Source: Candidatus Pacearchaeota archaeon
GTDB taxonomy: Archaea > Nanobdellota > Nanobdellia > Pacearchaeales > GW2011-AR1
Direction: 5' to 3'
DNA: 64,000 nucleotides
Assembly: GCA_002731115.1 (NCBI GenBank)
Contig: PBZO01000001.1
Coordinates: 75,096 to 139,095, forward strand
In this document: positions 39,206 through 49,609 of the stretch, piece after piece
Layout: every line of letters starts with the position of its first letter
How positions within the stretch are numbered: the first letter of the stretch is position 1
Made by a program: the position numbers and the translations under genes
Notes under the pieces: model-generated
What the model was told of the DNA's origin: nothing
The model's database searches: none
The model's input: only the letters and a program-made list of their open reading frames with translations

Positions 39206-39505
39206 TTAATGTTGTATGGATTGTACCAATCCTTCTGCTGACTGGCTATTTTTATATGCAAGGTAAGTTATATTACTTAATTTCCATCTAGATCTTCTCT
39301 TATAAGAAATTCCCTTGGGGTTTTTCTTTATTTCAACAATTAATTTTTTACCCCTTAATTCTATTAAAAGATTCTTAACAAATTCTTCATCGCGAGCAAT
39401 TTCTCTTGAAATTTCAGATGTAAAAAAAGACTTTGGAGTCTCTAAATAAAGAAATGCTAAAATTTGTTCAAAAATTTTCTCTCTTTTTATTTTAGATATT
39501 TTCAT
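39206..39505 (-). CDS. small winged-helix DNA-binding protein (putative transcriptional regulator)
   Basis: 99 aa. FEQILAFLYLETPKSFFTSEISREIARDEEFVKNLLIELRGKKLIVEI pattern of a MarR/PadR-like wHTH. Confidence 0.35.
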   Translation of the reverse strand: MKISKIKREKIFEQILAFLYLETPKSFFTSEISREIARDEEFVKNLLIELRGKKLIVEIKKNPKGISYKRRSRWKLSNITYLAYKNSQSAEGLVQSIQH

Positions 39506-39550
39506 AGATTAAAAAAGAAATAGTTTTTTTTAAAGGTTCTTAATCTAAAA

Positions 39551-39970
39551 TTATTCTTTTTTTTCTTGTTCATTAGAAACTCTTGGTAAATTAATATGGG
39601 GTGGCAAATTCATCTCATCTTCTAATTGTAATGCCTTTATCGTAGATCTCCTTAAAATAATATTAAATAAAGCTATTCTAAATCCTTCAGGTATTTTCTT
39701 ATCTTTCCATTGTTTTATAATATCTTTTGAAATTTTAGGGTTTGTTGTAACAAGAATACTCCCATTTAACTCTACTTTTGCAATATTTTGGGAATAATTA
39801 ACAATATAACTAAATTTAATACCTATAATTTCCTCTTTTGATTTAAGAAAATCAGATTTAACTTGTTTTATATCAGAAATATCTATATTTGTATTCATTT
39901 TTAACTTTTCAAGATTATCTGAAAATTTTTCTATATTTATCTTCATAAAGTTAAATCCGAGTATTTTCAT
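39551..39970 (-). CDS. hypothetical protein
   Basis: 139 aa, no motif. Confidence 0.25.
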   Translation of the reverse strand: MKILGFNFMKINIEKFSDNLEKLKMNTNIDISDIKQVKSDFLKSKEEIIGIKFSYIVNYSQNIAKVELNGSILVTTNPKISKDIIKQWKDKKIPEGFRIALFNIILRRSTIKALQLEDEMNLPPHINLPRVSNEQEKKE

Positions 39971-40032
39971 TTTATTATTTAATTTAAAAAGTATTTATAA
40001 GGGTTTCGATTATATTAAGAAATTTATATTTA

Positions 40033-40290
40033 TTAAATTAAATCTTCTTCTGAAACAATAACAAAATCCCCTATGGCAATAATTGCACTATAAGGTATTA
40101 AATGTTCATTAGACCCTATTTTTTCTAAATTAAGATTTTTGGTATAATTAGTAGAATCTTTCACGACAATATTGATTAATTCTCCGGAGATTGTTTCAAA
40201 AGTTATATCCTTAACAAAACCTAATCTTTTACCTTCCTTTGTCACAATCATTTTACTTAAAATTGCATTAAAATAATTCTTATTATTCAT
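40033..40290 (-). CDS. PRC-barrel domain protein
   Basis: 85 aa. GKRLGFVKDITFETISGELINIVVKD...LIPYSAIIAIGDFVIV typical of archaeal PRC barrel. Confidence 0.5.
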   Translation of the reverse strand: MNNKNYFNAILSKMIVTKEGKRLGFVKDITFETISGELINIVVKDSTNYTKNLNLEKIGSNEHLIPYSAIIAIGDFVIVSEEDLI

Positions 40291-40693
40291 ATTTAAGTCA
40301 AAGGAAAATAATTTATAAACTTTTCTGTAAAAAAAGAGTTGTTTTAAAAAATATAATTTGGATATATATCCTCATTTTCGCTTAATTTAATCATCCCCTC
40401 ACCCCTTCATTTCATATAGAAATATTTAAAAACAAATTTTTTTGTTTTTATTATTTTATTTAAATTTATAAATATTTATATTATATATTATATATTTAAT
40501 AATAAATTATTAATTAATTAAGATAATTTTTCCATTAGCAATTTAGGTGTATTTCTTTTGTAGTAGTTATAATAATTTATATAACAAATAAATTTATTAT
40601 CGTTGAAATATAAATTATTCAACTAATTTCCATAGGAAATTGACCTGTGAGATATTTAAATTATATTAATTAAAAAATGAGTTTATTTTAAAA
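40291..40693. other. putative origin of replication (oriC): AT-rich DNA-unwinding element plus ORB-like dyads upstream of cdc6
   Basis: About 400 bp at roughly 10% GC with tatattatatattatatattt. Dyad ATTTCCATAGGAAAT at 40626..40640, GGATATATATCC palindrome, CCCCTCACCCC string. Directly upstream of the orc1/cdc6-polD1-polD2 gene order known from Pyrococcus oriC. Confidence 0.5.
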
Positions 40694-41905
40694 ATGAAAT
40701 CAAAATTAGATAATATTTTTGAATCTTTTGACAAGAATAATATTTTTAAAAATAAATTAGTTTTACAAACTAATCATCAACCAGAAGATATTATTCATAG
40801 AGATGTTCAAATTAAACAAATTGCTTCAATTCTTGCACCTGTTTTAAGAGGAGAAAAAGCGAGTAATTTATTTCTTTATGGTAGAACTGGAACAGGTAAA
40901 ACTCTTTCAATACAATATGTTAAAAATGAATTATTAAAAAGAGTCAAAAAGGAATCTGATTTTAAATTAAATATACAATATTTAAATTGTAAATTGAAAA
41001 AAGTTTCAGATACGGAATATAGAATTTTAGCAGAACTTATTAAAAAATTAGGGGGAAATATTCCTCCCACAGGATTACCTACCGAATCTGTATATAGTAA
41101 ATTTATTGAAATTATTGATTCTGAAAAACAATTATTTGTTTTAATTCTTGATGAAATTGATCATGCAGTTAAAAAAATATCAGATGGTTTTTTATATAAT
41201 TTAACTAGACTTAATTCGGAACTTTCTAAAACTCAGATATGTATTGTAGGAATTAGTAATGATTTAACCTTCTTAGATGAAATTGACCCAAGAATTAGAA
41301 GTTCTCTTTCAGAAGAGGAGATTATTTTTATACCTTATAATGCAGTACAATTACAGGAAATTTTAATTAAAAGAGCAAAAGAAGCGTTTAAAGAGAATGT
41401 AATTCAGGAAGGAGTTATCGCTAAGTGTGCCGCATATGCTGCAAGGGAGCACGGAGATGCAAGAAGAGCACTAGATCTATTAAGAATAGCAGGAGAATTA
41501 GCAGAAAGAAGTAATTCTAAAAAAATATTATTAAAACATATTGATGAATCTAATAATAAAATTGAAAGAGATAAAATATTGGATATTATTAAACAAGAAC
41601 CAAAACAATTTCAATTAGTTTTATATTCAATTATACAATTATGTGAAAAACAAAAAAAGAATCCCATAGTCACAGGAGAAATATATAATTCTTATAAGGA
41701 ATTATGTATTAATAATAAATCAGAAGTTTTAACCCAAAGAAGAGTAAGTGATATAATTCAGGAATTTGATATGTTGGGAATAATTAATGTTAGAGTTGTT
41801 TCCAAGGGAAGAGGGGGAAGAATGAGGGAGATAAAATTAGCAATTACAGATAATATTATTAAAAAAATTAAATTAATTATTGAGGATTCTATGAATTATA
41901 ATTAA
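40694..41905 (+). CDS. cdc6: Orc1/Cdc6 replication initiator
   Basis: Walker A LYGRTGTGKT, Walker B LILDEIDH, sensor and wHTH C-terminus. Confidence 0.9.
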   Translation: MKSKLDNIFESFDKNNIFKNKLVLQTNHQPEDIIHRDVQIKQIASILAPVLRGEKASNLFLYGRTGTGKTLSIQYVKNELLKRVKKESDFKLNIQYLNCKLKKVSDTEYRILAELIKKLGGNIPPTGLPTESVYSKFIEIIDSEKQLFVLILDEIDHAVKKISDGFLYNLTRLNSELSKTQICIVGISNDLTFLDEIDPRIRSSLSEEEIIFIPYNAVQLQEILIKRAKEAFKENVIQEGVIAKCAAYAAREHGDARRALDLLRIAGELAERSNSKKILLKHIDESNNKIERDKILDIIKQEPKQFQLVLYSIIQLCEKQKKNPIVTGEIYNSYKELCINNKSEVLTQRRVSDIIQEFDMLGIINVRVVSKGRGGRMREIKLAITDNIIKKIKLIIEDSMNYN

Positions 41906-41906
41906 A

Positions 41907-43523
41907 GTGGAAAATCAAAATATTTTAAACTTTTGTTTAGAAAAAGGATTTTTAATTGATAAGGAAATCTTAAGATTATTTAGCGAAACAAGTGATGTTG
42001 AATCGGTTAAATTAATTATTGAAAAAATTAGGGAAGTGTCTCAACAAAAAATTATAACTAAAGAAGTTTTTAATCAGAATAAAGAAAGAGTTAATAACTT
42101 TTTTTTAACCCTTCCAGAAGAAAATCAAAAAAAATTAGAAAATTTAAAAATAAAATTGGGGTTAAGTATTGAAATATCAAGAAAAAGTCATGAAGTTTCA
42201 ACGGATTTATCTAAATTTAGCAAATTTGAAGAAGAGAAAAAATCAGACAAAATCAATTTTAAAAACAAACAAATAAACAGCAATCTTTCTAATGTAAGAA
42301 TAATTCATTCTAATCCTATTCTAAACAAAAAATTAGAAGTAAAGGATTTTGTTAATTATTTTAGAAGTAGGTTTTCTGAAATGAAAAATATTTTACAAGA
42401 ACGTTCTGAATTAAAAAATCTCATATCAATAAACAAAATTTTAGGAAGTAGACAAAATTTCTCAATAATCGGATTGATTTCTGATAAAAGAATAACCAAA
42501 AATAAAAATATTCTACTTGAAGTAGAGGATTTAACGGGTAAAATAAGAGTATTGATTTCTCAAAACAATCCCGATATATATAAAAAAGCAGAAGAAATAA
42601 CTCTTGATTCTGTAATTGCTTTTAGGGGCACTGGAAATAGGGAAATAATTTTTGCAAATGAGGTTATCTTTCCAGATTCAATAATTTTTGAGAGAAAAAA
42701 GTCTCCTGTGGAAGAGTTTGTTTTATTTACAGCAGATTTGCATATTGGAAGCAAGTTATTTTTAGAAGAAAATTTTTTAAAATTTATTGATTATTTGAAT
42801 GGTAAGGTTTTAAATACGCCTGAAGTTGAAAAGATAAAATATCTAATTATTGCAGGGGATTTAATTGCAGGGGTGGGAGAATATCCTGGACAAGAAAAGG
42901 ACTTGAAGATAAGTGATGTTGAATCACAATATGCGAAAGCTGCAGAATTGCTCGGAAAAATAAGAAATAACATCAAAATAATTATTTGCCCCGGAAATCA
43001 TGATGCCTTAAGAATTATGGAACCACAACCCTTGCTTGACGAAAAATATGCATGGCCCCTCTATAATTTAAAAAATATAATCTTTGTAACCAACCCCTCT
43101 CAAGTAAATATTGGTTCAAGAAAGGGGTTTAGCGGTTTTAATATTCTTTTATACCATGGATTTTCATACCACTATTATGCAAACAATGTTTCTAGATTAA
43201 TGAAAGAAAAAGCAGTTCATCAGCCAGATAAACTTATGCATTATCTATTAAAACAAAAACATTTAGCTCCAACCCATTCTTCAACCTTATATTTTCCTTC
43301 TGCAGATGATTTTTTGGTAATAAAAGATGTTCCCGATATTTTTATTTCTGCTCACACACATAAAAGTGCTGTTTCATATTATAATAACATCCTCACTATT
43401 TCAAGTTCAAGTTGGGAAAGTAAAACAGCATATCAAGAAAAACTAGGTAATGAACCCGATTTTTGCAAAGTTCCGATGTTTAATTTAAAAACAAGAGCAA
43501 TTAAAATTTTAGATTTTGAATAA
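41907..43523 (+). CDS. polB1: DNA polymerase II (PolD) small subunit DP1
   Basis: Calcineurin-like phosphoesterase motifs (FTADLHIGS, IIAGDLIAGVGEY, CPGNHDA). Lies directly before DP2. Confidence 0.85.
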   Translation: MENQNILNFCLEKGFLIDKEILRLFSETSDVESVKLIIEKIREVSQQKIITKEVFNQNKERVNNFFLTLPEENQKKLENLKIKLGLSIEISRKSHEVSTDLSKFSKFEEEKKSDKINFKNKQINSNLSNVRIIHSNPILNKKLEVKDFVNYFRSRFSEMKNILQERSELKNLISINKILGSRQNFSIIGLISDKRITKNKNILLEVEDLTGKIRVLISQNNPDIYKKAEEITLDSVIAFRGTGNREIIFANEVIFPDSIIFERKKSPVEEFVLFTADLHIGSKLFLEENFLKFIDYLNGKVLNTPEVEKIKYLIIAGDLIAGVGEYPGQEKDLKISDVESQYAKAAELLGKIRNNIKIIICPGNHDALRIMEPQPLLDEKYAWPLYNLKNIIFVTNPSQVNIGSRKGFSGFNILLYHGFSYHYYANNVSRLMKEKAVHQPDKLMHYLLKQKHLAPTHSSTLYFPSADDFLVIKDVPDIFISAHTHKSAVSYYNNILTISSSSWESKTAYQEKLGNEPDFCKVPMFNLKTRAIKILDFE

Positions 43524-46500
43524 GATGGACTCTCAAACTTATTTTAAAGATATTGAAAAGAATGTTAGAAAAGCATATGTTATAGCAGAGGATGCTAGAA
43601 AAAAAGGATTTGATCCTGTAGAGAAAGTAGAAATTTCTTTAGCAAGAAGTTTAGCCGAAAAGGTTGTAGGATTAATTTCAACAGTATATCCTCAAGTAGA
43701 AGGTTCGGGAATTACAAAAAGAATACTTGAATTAGAAAAAGAATATGGAAAGTTAGATACAATGGTTGTGTTTAAAATTGCAGAAGAAGTTGCAAAACAA
43801 AAATTTTGTAAATTTGAAAGTTTATTGCAGGCAATTGAAGCCGGGATAAGAGTGGGTTTTGCCTATGCTACCCTGGGCGTTGTATCAAGTCCAATTGAAG
43901 GATTTACTGAATTAAGATTAGGAAAAACAAAAGAAAATAAGGAATATTTTGTTGCTTATTTTTCAGGACCAATTCGTTCTGCAGGAACAACTGCCAGTTG
44001 TGTTGTTTTAATGTTAATTGATTATTTAAGAGAAATGTTTGGATATTCTAAATATGATCCTGATGAAGAAGAAATTAAAAGATATGTAACAGAAAATACA
44101 GATTATCATGAAAGAATTACCAATTTACAATATTTTCCGACAGAAGAAGAAATGATTTTTTTAGCAAGAAACATTCCCTTTCAAATTTCAGGAGAACCAA
44201 CAGAAAGATTAGAAGCATCAAACTATAAAAATTTGAGTAGAGTTGAAACTAATCATCTTCGTGGAGGAATGTGTTTGATTTTTTCAGAAGGATTAGCACA
44301 AAAAGCACCAAAAGCCTTTAGATTATTAAATAAAGCAAAGAAAAAAGGACTTATTACGACGGGTTTTGATTTTCTAGAAGAGTATATTGAATTACATGAA
44401 AAAAGAAATATGGGAAAAACAGATGATTCTCCAGCATATATACGGGATTTAGTTGCAGGAAGACCTGTTTTTGGACATCCCTCGAGATCAGGAGCATTTA
44501 GGTTTAGATATGGGAGGGGAAGAAATAATGGATTTAGTGCAGTATCAATACACCCTTCATCAATGGCTATTACTGATGGGTTTATTGCTACCGGAACTCA
44601 ATTAAAAACAGAAAAACCAATTAAAGGGAGTATTGTAACTTCTTGTGATTCTATTGATGGACCTATTGTTAAATTATTTAATGGAAGTGTAAAAAAACCT
44701 CTAACTATGGAGGAGGCAAAAAAACTTTATCCAGATGTTGACGAAATAATTTATTTAGGAGATATCTTATTTTCTTTTGGAGATGTATTAAATAGAAATT
44801 CTAATTTGCTTAAACCGGGATATGTTGAAGAGTGGTGGAAACTCGATTTAAGAGAAAAAGATTCTTTTTTAGAAAAAGAAATAGATTCAGTTAATGTTTC
44901 TTTTGAAAAAGCAGTCGAAATAAGTAGAAAATATGAAATTCCCTTGCACCCAAAATATATTTTTTACTGGACAGAAATCTCTACCGATTACTTTATTGGA
45001 TTAATTGAATGGCTAAAACATTCAAAAATAAATAAGAAAATAATTTTTTCATTTAATAAACAAGAGCAAGAGAAATATTATCTAGGCAAGAGAGCCTTGG
45101 AATTATTAGGAATAGAGCATGAGGTTACAATTGAAAATGTTGTTTTAAATGAAGAGAATAGCAAAGCTCTTTTGGCAAATTTGGGGGTAGATTTTAATTT
45201 AATAGATAAAGATAATTTTCTATTAAAAGATATTTTTGATATAGATAATTTTAATTTAAAAAATACTGTTTTTGAAATTATTAATTCTGTTTCCGATTTT
45301 ACAATTAAGGATAAGGCTGGAGATTTTATTGGGACTAGGATGGGAAGGCCTGAAAAAGCAAAACTTAGAAAATTAGCTGGGAGCCCAAATGTTTTATTTC
45401 CTGTTGGAAAAGAAGGAGGAAGATTGAGAAGCATTCAAGCAGCATGTGAAGAAGGAAAAGTTAAAAGTACCTTTCCAATTTATCATTGTAAAAAATGTAA
45501 TGAAGATACAATTTATTCTATTTGTGAAAATTGTAAGAATAAATCCGAAAAAGCATTTTATTGTTTCGAATGCAAACAAAAATTTATTAATAAACTTTGT
45601 CCAGAACACGGAAAATCTAAACCTTATTCTTATCAATCCCTGGATATAAATCATTATCTTGAAAAAGCTAGAGAGAAGATTAGTTTTGATAAATCAGAAC
45701 TTCCCCCCTTAATTAAGGGAGTTAGAGGCACCTCTTCATCAGAACACAAAATGGAGAATCTTTCTAAAGGAATCTTAAGAGCAAAACACAATTTGCAAGT
45801 AAATAAGGATGGAACAATCAGATTTGATGCAACAGAGTTACCTTTAGTTTCTTTTAAACCCAAGGAGATTTCAGTAAGTATAGAACAACTCAAAAAATTA
45901 GGTTATAATAAGGATATTTTTGAAAAAGAGCTTATTAATGAAAATCAAATTTTGGAATTAATGCCTCACGATATTCTTCTTCCAAGTCCCAAAGATTGTT
46001 CGGATGAAAAAGCAGATGAGGTTTTTATTAAGGTGTGTGATTTTATTGATGAGTTATTAATTAAATTTTATGGATTAAAGGCATTTTATAACGTTAAAAA
46101 AAGGGAAGATTTAATCGGAATACTTGGGGTTTGTATGGCTCCTCATAATTGTGCAGGAGTTGTTTGTAGGATTATTGGTTTTTCAAATACACAAGGTCTT
46201 TTGGCAAGCCCCTATATGCATGCTGCAATAAGGAGAGATTGTGATGGGGATGAAATGGCAGTTATGCTTCTTATGGATGTTTTATTAAATTTTTCTAGAG
46301 AGTTTTTACCTAGCCATAGGGGAGGAACACAAGATGCTCCATTAGTTCTTAATGCAAAAATTGATGCTGGAGAGGTAGATGATCAAATTTTAGACTTTGA
46401 GTTAGTTAAGGAATATCCTCTTGAACTTTATAAGCTTGCTGAACTAAGAAAACATTCATCTGAAATAAAAATTAAAACAGTTGATTCTGTTTTGAATAAA

Positions 46501-46989
46501 GGTGAAAATCCATTTATTAATCTTGGTTTTACTCATGATACAACTAATTTTAACGAGGGGGTAGTTTGTTCTTCATATAAAACTCTTGAAACAATGAAAG
46601 ATAAGGTTAAACATCAAATGGAGCTTGTTGAAAAAATAAGGGCTGCAGATACAAAGGATACTGCACGATTAATCATTGAAAGACATTTTATAAGGGATAT
46701 GAAAGGTAATCTGAGGAAATTTTCTATGCAGCAATTTAGGTGCGTTGCATGTAATGAAATTTTAAGAAGACCTCCATTAAAAGGAGTTTGTCCTAAATGT
46801 AATGGAAAGATTATATTTACAATTCATGAAGGAGGAATAAAGAAATATCTTGAACCGGCATTAGATTTAGCTAATAAATATGATTTGTCCCCTTATATTA
46901 AACAAAGTCTTGAACTTACTAAGAGATATATTGATTCTGTTTTTGGAAAAGAAATCGAAAAACAAGAAGTTTTAGTAAAGTGGTTTTAG
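43516..46989 (+). CDS. polC: DNA polymerase II (PolD) large subunit DP2, intein-free
   Basis: 1157 aa. Conserved DP2 N-terminus. Zn fingers CKKCNEDTIYSICENCKN...CFECKQ and CVACNEILRRPPLKGVCPKCNG. Confidence 0.9.
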   Translation: MNKMDSQTYFKDIEKNVRKAYVIAEDARKKGFDPVEKVEISLARSLAEKVVGLISTVYPQVEGSGITKRILELEKEYGKLDTMVVFKIAEEVAKQKFCKFESLLQAIEAGIRVGFAYATLGVVSSPIEGFTELRLGKTKENKEYFVAYFSGPIRSAGTTASCVVLMLIDYLREMFGYSKYDPDEEEIKRYVTENTDYHERITNLQYFPTEEEMIFLARNIPFQISGEPTERLEASNYKNLSRVETNHLRGGMCLIFSEGLAQKAPKAFRLLNKAKKKGLITTGFDFLEEYIELHEKRNMGKTDDSPAYIRDLVAGRPVFGHPSRSGAFRFRYGRGRNNGFSAVSIHPSSMAITDGFIATGTQLKTEKPIKGSIVTSCDSIDGPIVKLFNGSVKKPLTMEEAKKLYPDVDEIIYLGDILFSFGDVLNRNSNLLKPGYVEEWWKLDLREKDSFLEKEIDSVNVSFEKAVEISRKYEIPLHPKYIFYWTEISTDYFIGLIEWLKHSKINKKIIFSFNKQEQEKYYLGKRALELLGIEHEVTIENVVLNEENSKALLANLGVDFNLIDKDNFLLKDIFDIDNFNLKNTVFEIINSVSDFTIKDKAGDFIGTRMGRPEKAKLRKLAGSPNVLFPVGKEGGRLRSIQAACEEGKVKSTFPIYHCKKCNEDTIYSICENCKNKSEKAFYCFECKQKFINKLCPEHGKSKPYSYQSLDINHYLEKAREKISFDKSELPPLIKGVRGTSSSEHKMENLSKGILRAKHNLQVNKDGTIRFDATELPLVSFKPKEISVSIEQLKKLGYNKDIFEKELINENQILELMPHDILLPSPKDCSDEKADEVFIKVCDFIDELLIKFYGLKAFYNVKKREDLIGILGVCMAPHNCAGVVCRIIGFSNTQGLLASPYMHAAIRRDCDGDEMAVMLLMDVLLNFSREFLPSHRGGTQDAPLVLNAKIDAGEVDDQILDFELVKEYPLELYKLAELRKHSSEIKIKTVDSVLNKGENPFINLGFTHDTTNFNEGVVCSSYKTLETMKDKVKHQMELVEKIRAADTKDTARLIIERHFIRDMKGNLRKFSMQQFRCVACNEILRRPPLKGVCPKCNGKIIFTIHEGGIKKYLEPALDLANKYDLSPYIKQSLELTKRYIDSVFGKEIEKQEVLVKWF

Positions 46990-47023
46990 ATAATTTTTTA
47001 ATTGGCAATTCTTTTTAGTTTTT

Positions 47024-47362
47024 ATGAGTTTGTTTTCTGATAGTGATAAAACAAAAAGTTTCCTGTGGATTGTGTCATTTTTAGTTGCATATGCGGGATT
47101 GGTTGGATTTACATGTTTTATATTTGAAGAATCCTTGCAACTTCAGAGTTTTGCAGCATACATATATGTGAATGCAGAAGATTGGAATGGTTTGGAAGAA
47201 CATATTAAATTGATGGAAAAAACCCAGCGTGTTGCAGAAATTTGGATTAAGGGAGTTGGTTGGAGTAATCCTATAATGTGGCCTGCATTTTTATCTTATC
47301 TAGAGTCTAATGAAGCATATATTAATACATTAAAAAGAAAAATTGAATTAGAAAAAAAGTAG
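47024..47362 (+). CDS. hypothetical membrane-anchored protein
   Basis: 112 aa, one TM. Confidence 0.25.
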   Translation: MSLFSDSDKTKSFLWIVSFLVAYAGLVGFTCFIFEESLQLQSFAAYIYVNAEDWNGLEEHIKLMEKTQRVAEIWIKGVGWSNPIMWPAFLSYLESNEAYINTLKRKIELEKK

Positions 47363-47549
47363 AAATTTAATAAAAAATGTAAATGGTATAATGAAAAAAG
47401 GGGTCTTTTTTATATTTTGGACAAAATGTAAATATACCAAAGACAAGCATAGTTCAAAATACCCAATAATATTCCTAACAACAATGCAATAATTATTTCA
47501 ATTAATATTTTATCAAATACTTTATAAAATATATATTATTTGTTGTTTT

Positions 47550-48566
47550 ATGGTTATGAGCATTAATCAAAGAATTGAATTAATAAAAAGAAATACTTCT
47601 GAAATTGTAGGAGAAGAAGAACTAAGAGAATTATTAAAGGGAAAAAAAGAAATTACTCTTTATCATGGATTTGAACCTTCTGGAACAGGATTACATATAG
47701 GAACAATGATTGGAGTAAACAAGCACATCGATTTTCAGAAAGCTGGTTTAAAATTAAGATTATTATGTGCTGATTTGCATTCTTACTTAAATAAGAAAGG
47801 AAGTTTATCAAAAATAGAGCATATTGCAGAATTATATAAGGAAGGCTTTGCAGCATTGGGTGTTGATATGAAAAAAGCAGAGTATATCCTTGGAAGTGAA
47901 TTTCAATTAGGCCATGATTATGTTTTAGATGTTTTGGAATTATCTTTAAAAGTGAGATCTTTAAGGGCAAATAGAGCAATGTCTATAATTGCAAGAGAAG
48001 AAAAAGATCCTCATGTTTCCCAAATGATTTATCCCCTAATGCAGGTAGCAGATATTAAGCATTTGAAAATAGATATTGCATTTGGAGATATGCCTCAAAG
48101 AAAAATTCATATGTTGGCTAGAGAAAATCTTCCAGGCTTAGATTATAAATCACCTATTGCAATACATCACGAAGATATGGTTGGGCTTACAGGAGGAAAA
48201 ATGTCTGCAAGTATTCCTAACTCAAGAATTATGATTGATGAAGACCCTGATTCAATAAGAAAAAAAATCCAAAAGGCCTTTTGTCCCGAAAAACAAATTA
48301 AAAATAATCCCATTTTGCAAATTTGTGAATTTATAATTTTTCCGAGACAGGGAAAACTGAAAATAAAAAGAGATAAGAAATATGGGAAAAATCTGGAATT
48401 TAAGGATTATAAACAACTTGAAAAAAGTTATGAAAAAAATTTACACCCGTTTGATCTAAAAAATGCAGTCGCAGAATCATTAATTAAGGTTCTTGAACCA
48501 GTTAGAAAACATATGTTAAAAAAAAGTATAGTTGAATTAAAAAAATTAATTGATAAGATGGATTAA
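47550..48566 (+). CDS. tyrS: tyrosyl-tRNA synthetase (archaeal type)
   Basis: Near-colinear similarity to archaeal TyrRS: IKRNTSEI..EEELRE, HGFEPSG.LHIG, GSEFQL, QRKIHMLARE, KMSAS, LHPFDLKNAVAE..LIK.LEPVRK. Confidence 0.9.
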   Translation: MVMSINQRIELIKRNTSEIVGEEELRELLKGKKEITLYHGFEPSGTGLHIGTMIGVNKHIDFQKAGLKLRLLCADLHSYLNKKGSLSKIEHIAELYKEGFAALGVDMKKAEYILGSEFQLGHDYVLDVLELSLKVRSLRANRAMSIIAREEKDPHVSQMIYPLMQVADIKHLKIDIAFGDMPQRKIHMLARENLPGLDYKSPIAIHHEDMVGLTGGKMSASIPNSRIMIDEDPDSIRKKIQKAFCPEKQIKNNPILQICEFIIFPRQGKLKIKRDKKYGKNLEFKDYKQLEKSYEKNLHPFDLKNAVAESLIKVLEPVRKHMLKKSIVELKKLIDKMD

Positions 48567-48663
48567 TTTTAATTATCTTTTATTTTTTCTCCAGTTTTCT
48601 TTAACTCTTTTTCTTTGTTTTTTATAATAATGCTTCTTTCTAGACGCTTATTCATTTTTTTAA

Positions 48664-49575
48664 TCATTTAGTTTTAAACTCTACAACATCCATATCCTTT
48701 AGTTTATGGTTTAATCCTACTTTTTGCCCTGAAAATTTTGATGAAGGTCCCCATATTTTTGTTTCTTTGACTTTATTAGAGAATCCTTTTAGGATTTTTT
48801 CTGCAACTTCTTTTATAGTCGAATCTGGCTTAAGAACTATTGGTTTTTTTGATTTTTCTTTTCCAGGTTCTTTAGTATAGATTCTTATTTTATCAAAGCT
48901 TTCAAAAATTTTATTTTTTAATTCATCAATTCCCTCCCTTGTTTTAGTAGAAATTAAGATAAAGTTATATTTTTTTGATTCCAGGGTTGCAGCCATTTTT
49001 CTTTTTTCGTTTTCTGTTAATAAATCTATTTTACTAAAAATAATAAGCTTCTTTCCAGGAGTTTTCGTTAATTTTTCTTGAATCTTAGTTATTTGTTCTA
49101 ATTTTGTTACTAAAATTAAGATAGTATCTGCCGTATTAACAATGCCCTTATCATAAGATTCAGACTCTATTGCAGGAATTTCTATAATTTGAATATTAGT
49201 TCCCATATAACCCATCATACCAATTATAGGATAGGTTGTTGTAAATTCGGGATTAGATATTCTTGGATGTGCATTTGTTAAAATAGAAAGCAGAGAAGAT
49301 TTTCCCGTATTTGTAAAACCAATTAAAACTGCTTGCATATCTTCTTTTTTTATTCCAATTTTGTTTGACTTGCCAGATTTTTTTGATTTTTCTACTTTTT
49401 CTTTTAGTTTCTTATAACGGGTTTTTAGATTTGCAAGCATATTTTCGCTGCTTTTATGTTTGGGGCATTCCTTGATCATTTCTTCTAATGCCCCTATTCT
49501 TTCCTTATCTGTTAAAGCTAAAAGAAATTTTCCCTGCGCTTTTTGGTATGCGGGAGACTGATTTGTGGATGCCAT
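48664..49575 (-). CDS. DRG-family GTPase with C-terminal TGS domain (compact form)
   Basis: G1 GFTNTGKSSLL, FTT switch, SKID. C-terminal IRIYTKEPGKEK..PIVLKPDSTIKEVAEKILKGFSNKVKETKIWGPSSKFSGQKVGLNHKLKDMDVVEF aligns with the DRG TGS region. Confidence 0.65.
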   Translation of the reverse strand: MASTNQSPAYQKAQGKFLLALTDKERIGALEEMIKECPKHKSSENMLANLKTRYKKLKEKVEKSKKSGKSNKIGIKKEDMQAVLIGFTNTGKSSLLSILTNAHPRISNPEFTTTYPIIGMMGYMGTNIQIIEIPAIESESYDKGIVNTADTILILVTKLEQITKIQEKLTKTPGKKLIIFSKIDLLTENEKRKMAATLESKKYNFILISTKTREGIDELKNKIFESFDKIRIYTKEPGKEKSKKPIVLKPDSTIKEVAEKILKGFSNKVKETKIWGPSSKFSGQKVGLNHKLKDMDVVEFKTK

Positions 49576-49609
49576 TTAATTTTTAAATCAACATCCCTAT
49601 AAAAATTTA

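Noticed and set aside
43516-46989. Possible intein in PolD DP2
   Set aside because: The length of 1157 aa is normal for intein-free DP2, and no long insertion interrupts the conserved motifs.
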